In this document: positions 63,001 to 64,000 of the stretch, piece after piece
How the letters are laid out: each line of letters begins with the position of its first letter
Numbering within the stretch: position 1 is the stretch's first letter
Source of the DNA: Adineta vaga
Lineage: Eukaryota; Animalia; Rotifera
NCBI GenBank assembly: GCA_021613535.1
Contig: CP075492.1
Coordinates: 7,254,001-7,318,000 of the forward strand
Reading direction: 5' to 3'
DNA length: 64,000 nucleotides
Program-made: the position numbers and the translations under genes
Notes under the pieces: generated by a model
What the model was told of the DNA's origin: nothing
Databases searched by the model: none
What the model saw: only the letters and a program-made list of their open reading frames with translations

Positions 63001-64000
63001 ACCAGAAATAACATGAACATTTAAAACCAACTAAACTATTCACACAACGTCCATGTTTACCGCAAATATCATTAGCAAAACAAAAATCTAATACTAAAGA
63101 AGTTAAGTGATTGTATCATTTTTTTTAAATGTATTCTACGAACCATATTGGCACATGTATTTATAGTCTGAATCGAGATCAATATCGTTGATTGAACAAA
63201 TGAATTTTTCTGATTGTAAATATCTGGTTAATAGAAATACTTTCGAATCCGTTTCCAATGCATTCCATGTTAATTGATCACACATTTTATAAATATCAAT
63301 CAATTGATCAGAACTATCGACGACAACAGCAGATTTCAATGTAGATGGTATACTGTTGCTTTGTAAATCAATTTCGACATTGTCATACCAGTGTGTTTCT
63401 TGTTGTGATTGATTAAAGATTCTTGTTTGTTTTTTATAATAATTGAAACGAATTCGTCGAAATTTGTTTTCAGCTATTTGCCATTTGGAACGATCATTTT
63501 TCGAGAAGTTCTCAACGAATTCTCTATCTAATACAAAAAAAATGAAATCAACAAATCTCGAGACATTTTCTTACTGTTAACTAATTTGGAATCGATTTCA
63601 ATGAGTATCTCATGTAGATTGTTTGTAACAAGAATATGAGTTAGATAAAAAACTTCGATTGAATGACGAATTTTTGTCAATTGAGAACTATTCAAATAAA
63701 GTATATTACATGTGTCATTAGCGTTTATAGCTGTAGATGATACATTGGAGAGAATATAACATGAACCACCGAATCGTTGCCATCCGTTGGGACATCGATA
63801 TCGATTAACTGCAATACACACATAATACATCCATCGATTTTCTATTTGAAAGTAGATCATGATTAATACTCACTAGTTTTTTGACTGGTGTCAATGGTTG
63901 ATAAAAGTTTATCTGAGAACGACGAAAGATAATTTTCATTGAGATCAAATGGATGAATCGACAGAGCACAGTAGTTTCGATCGGTAAGGATAGTAATGAT
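60020..64000 (-). CDS. STRA6-like multi-pass receptor with N-terminal C-type lectin and EGF domains (5' end outside window)
   Basis: CPNGWQRFGGSCY...MCQY (CTL); CGKHGRCVNSLVGFKCSC..C (EGF); then EPFETENRYETAALYG, IYSWDTNFKFT and RIDCSYLGRTCEKFDSGFMAYASYLHVE (STRA6-like). Confidence 0.75.

Noticed and set aside
1-64000. Hammerhead ribozymes, tRNA or rRNA genes; prokaryotic operon interpretation
   Set aside because: CTGATGA hits I noticed were mostly in coding sequence without supporting stems; no RNA genes recognised; spliceosomal introns rule out a prokaryotic source.

Overview
AT-rich eukaryotic DNA with short GT-AG introns (about 45-70 nt) and dense genes. The gene content strongly suggests a bdelloid rotifer (Adineta/Rotaria-like; inferred, not proven): four F-box proteins, R-S-E ADP-ribosyltransferases (ARTs), divergent GPCRs, a STRA6-like receptor, and many non-metazoan-looking enzymes (BBE-like FAD oxidase, bulb-type lectin, fungal-type MDR reductase, LCIB-family beta-carbonic-anhydrase-like protein, GH78 rhamnosidase, M20D amidohydrolase, bacterial-style TIR). 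Ordinary animal genes are interspersed (long-chain acyl-CoA ligase, UMP-CMP kinase, cadherin). The standout is hidden by splicing. Joining three exons at 13930-16396 gives one 782-aa protein with an NAD+-consuming ART, a CheY-like receiver domain and an NAD+-synthesising NMNAT-like domain. Other notable items: an algal LCIB homologue tail-to-tail with that gene, an intact TIR with the NADase glutamate, a classical-type cadherin ectodomain with no cytoplasmic tail, a lectin-EGF-STRA6 fusion, a MITE, and a repeat element containing a head-to-head degenerate hexamer array. At least five otherwise intact genes carry 1-nt frameshifts, so assembly error versus real decay must be checked. All family calls come from motif recognition by eye; no database search was run.
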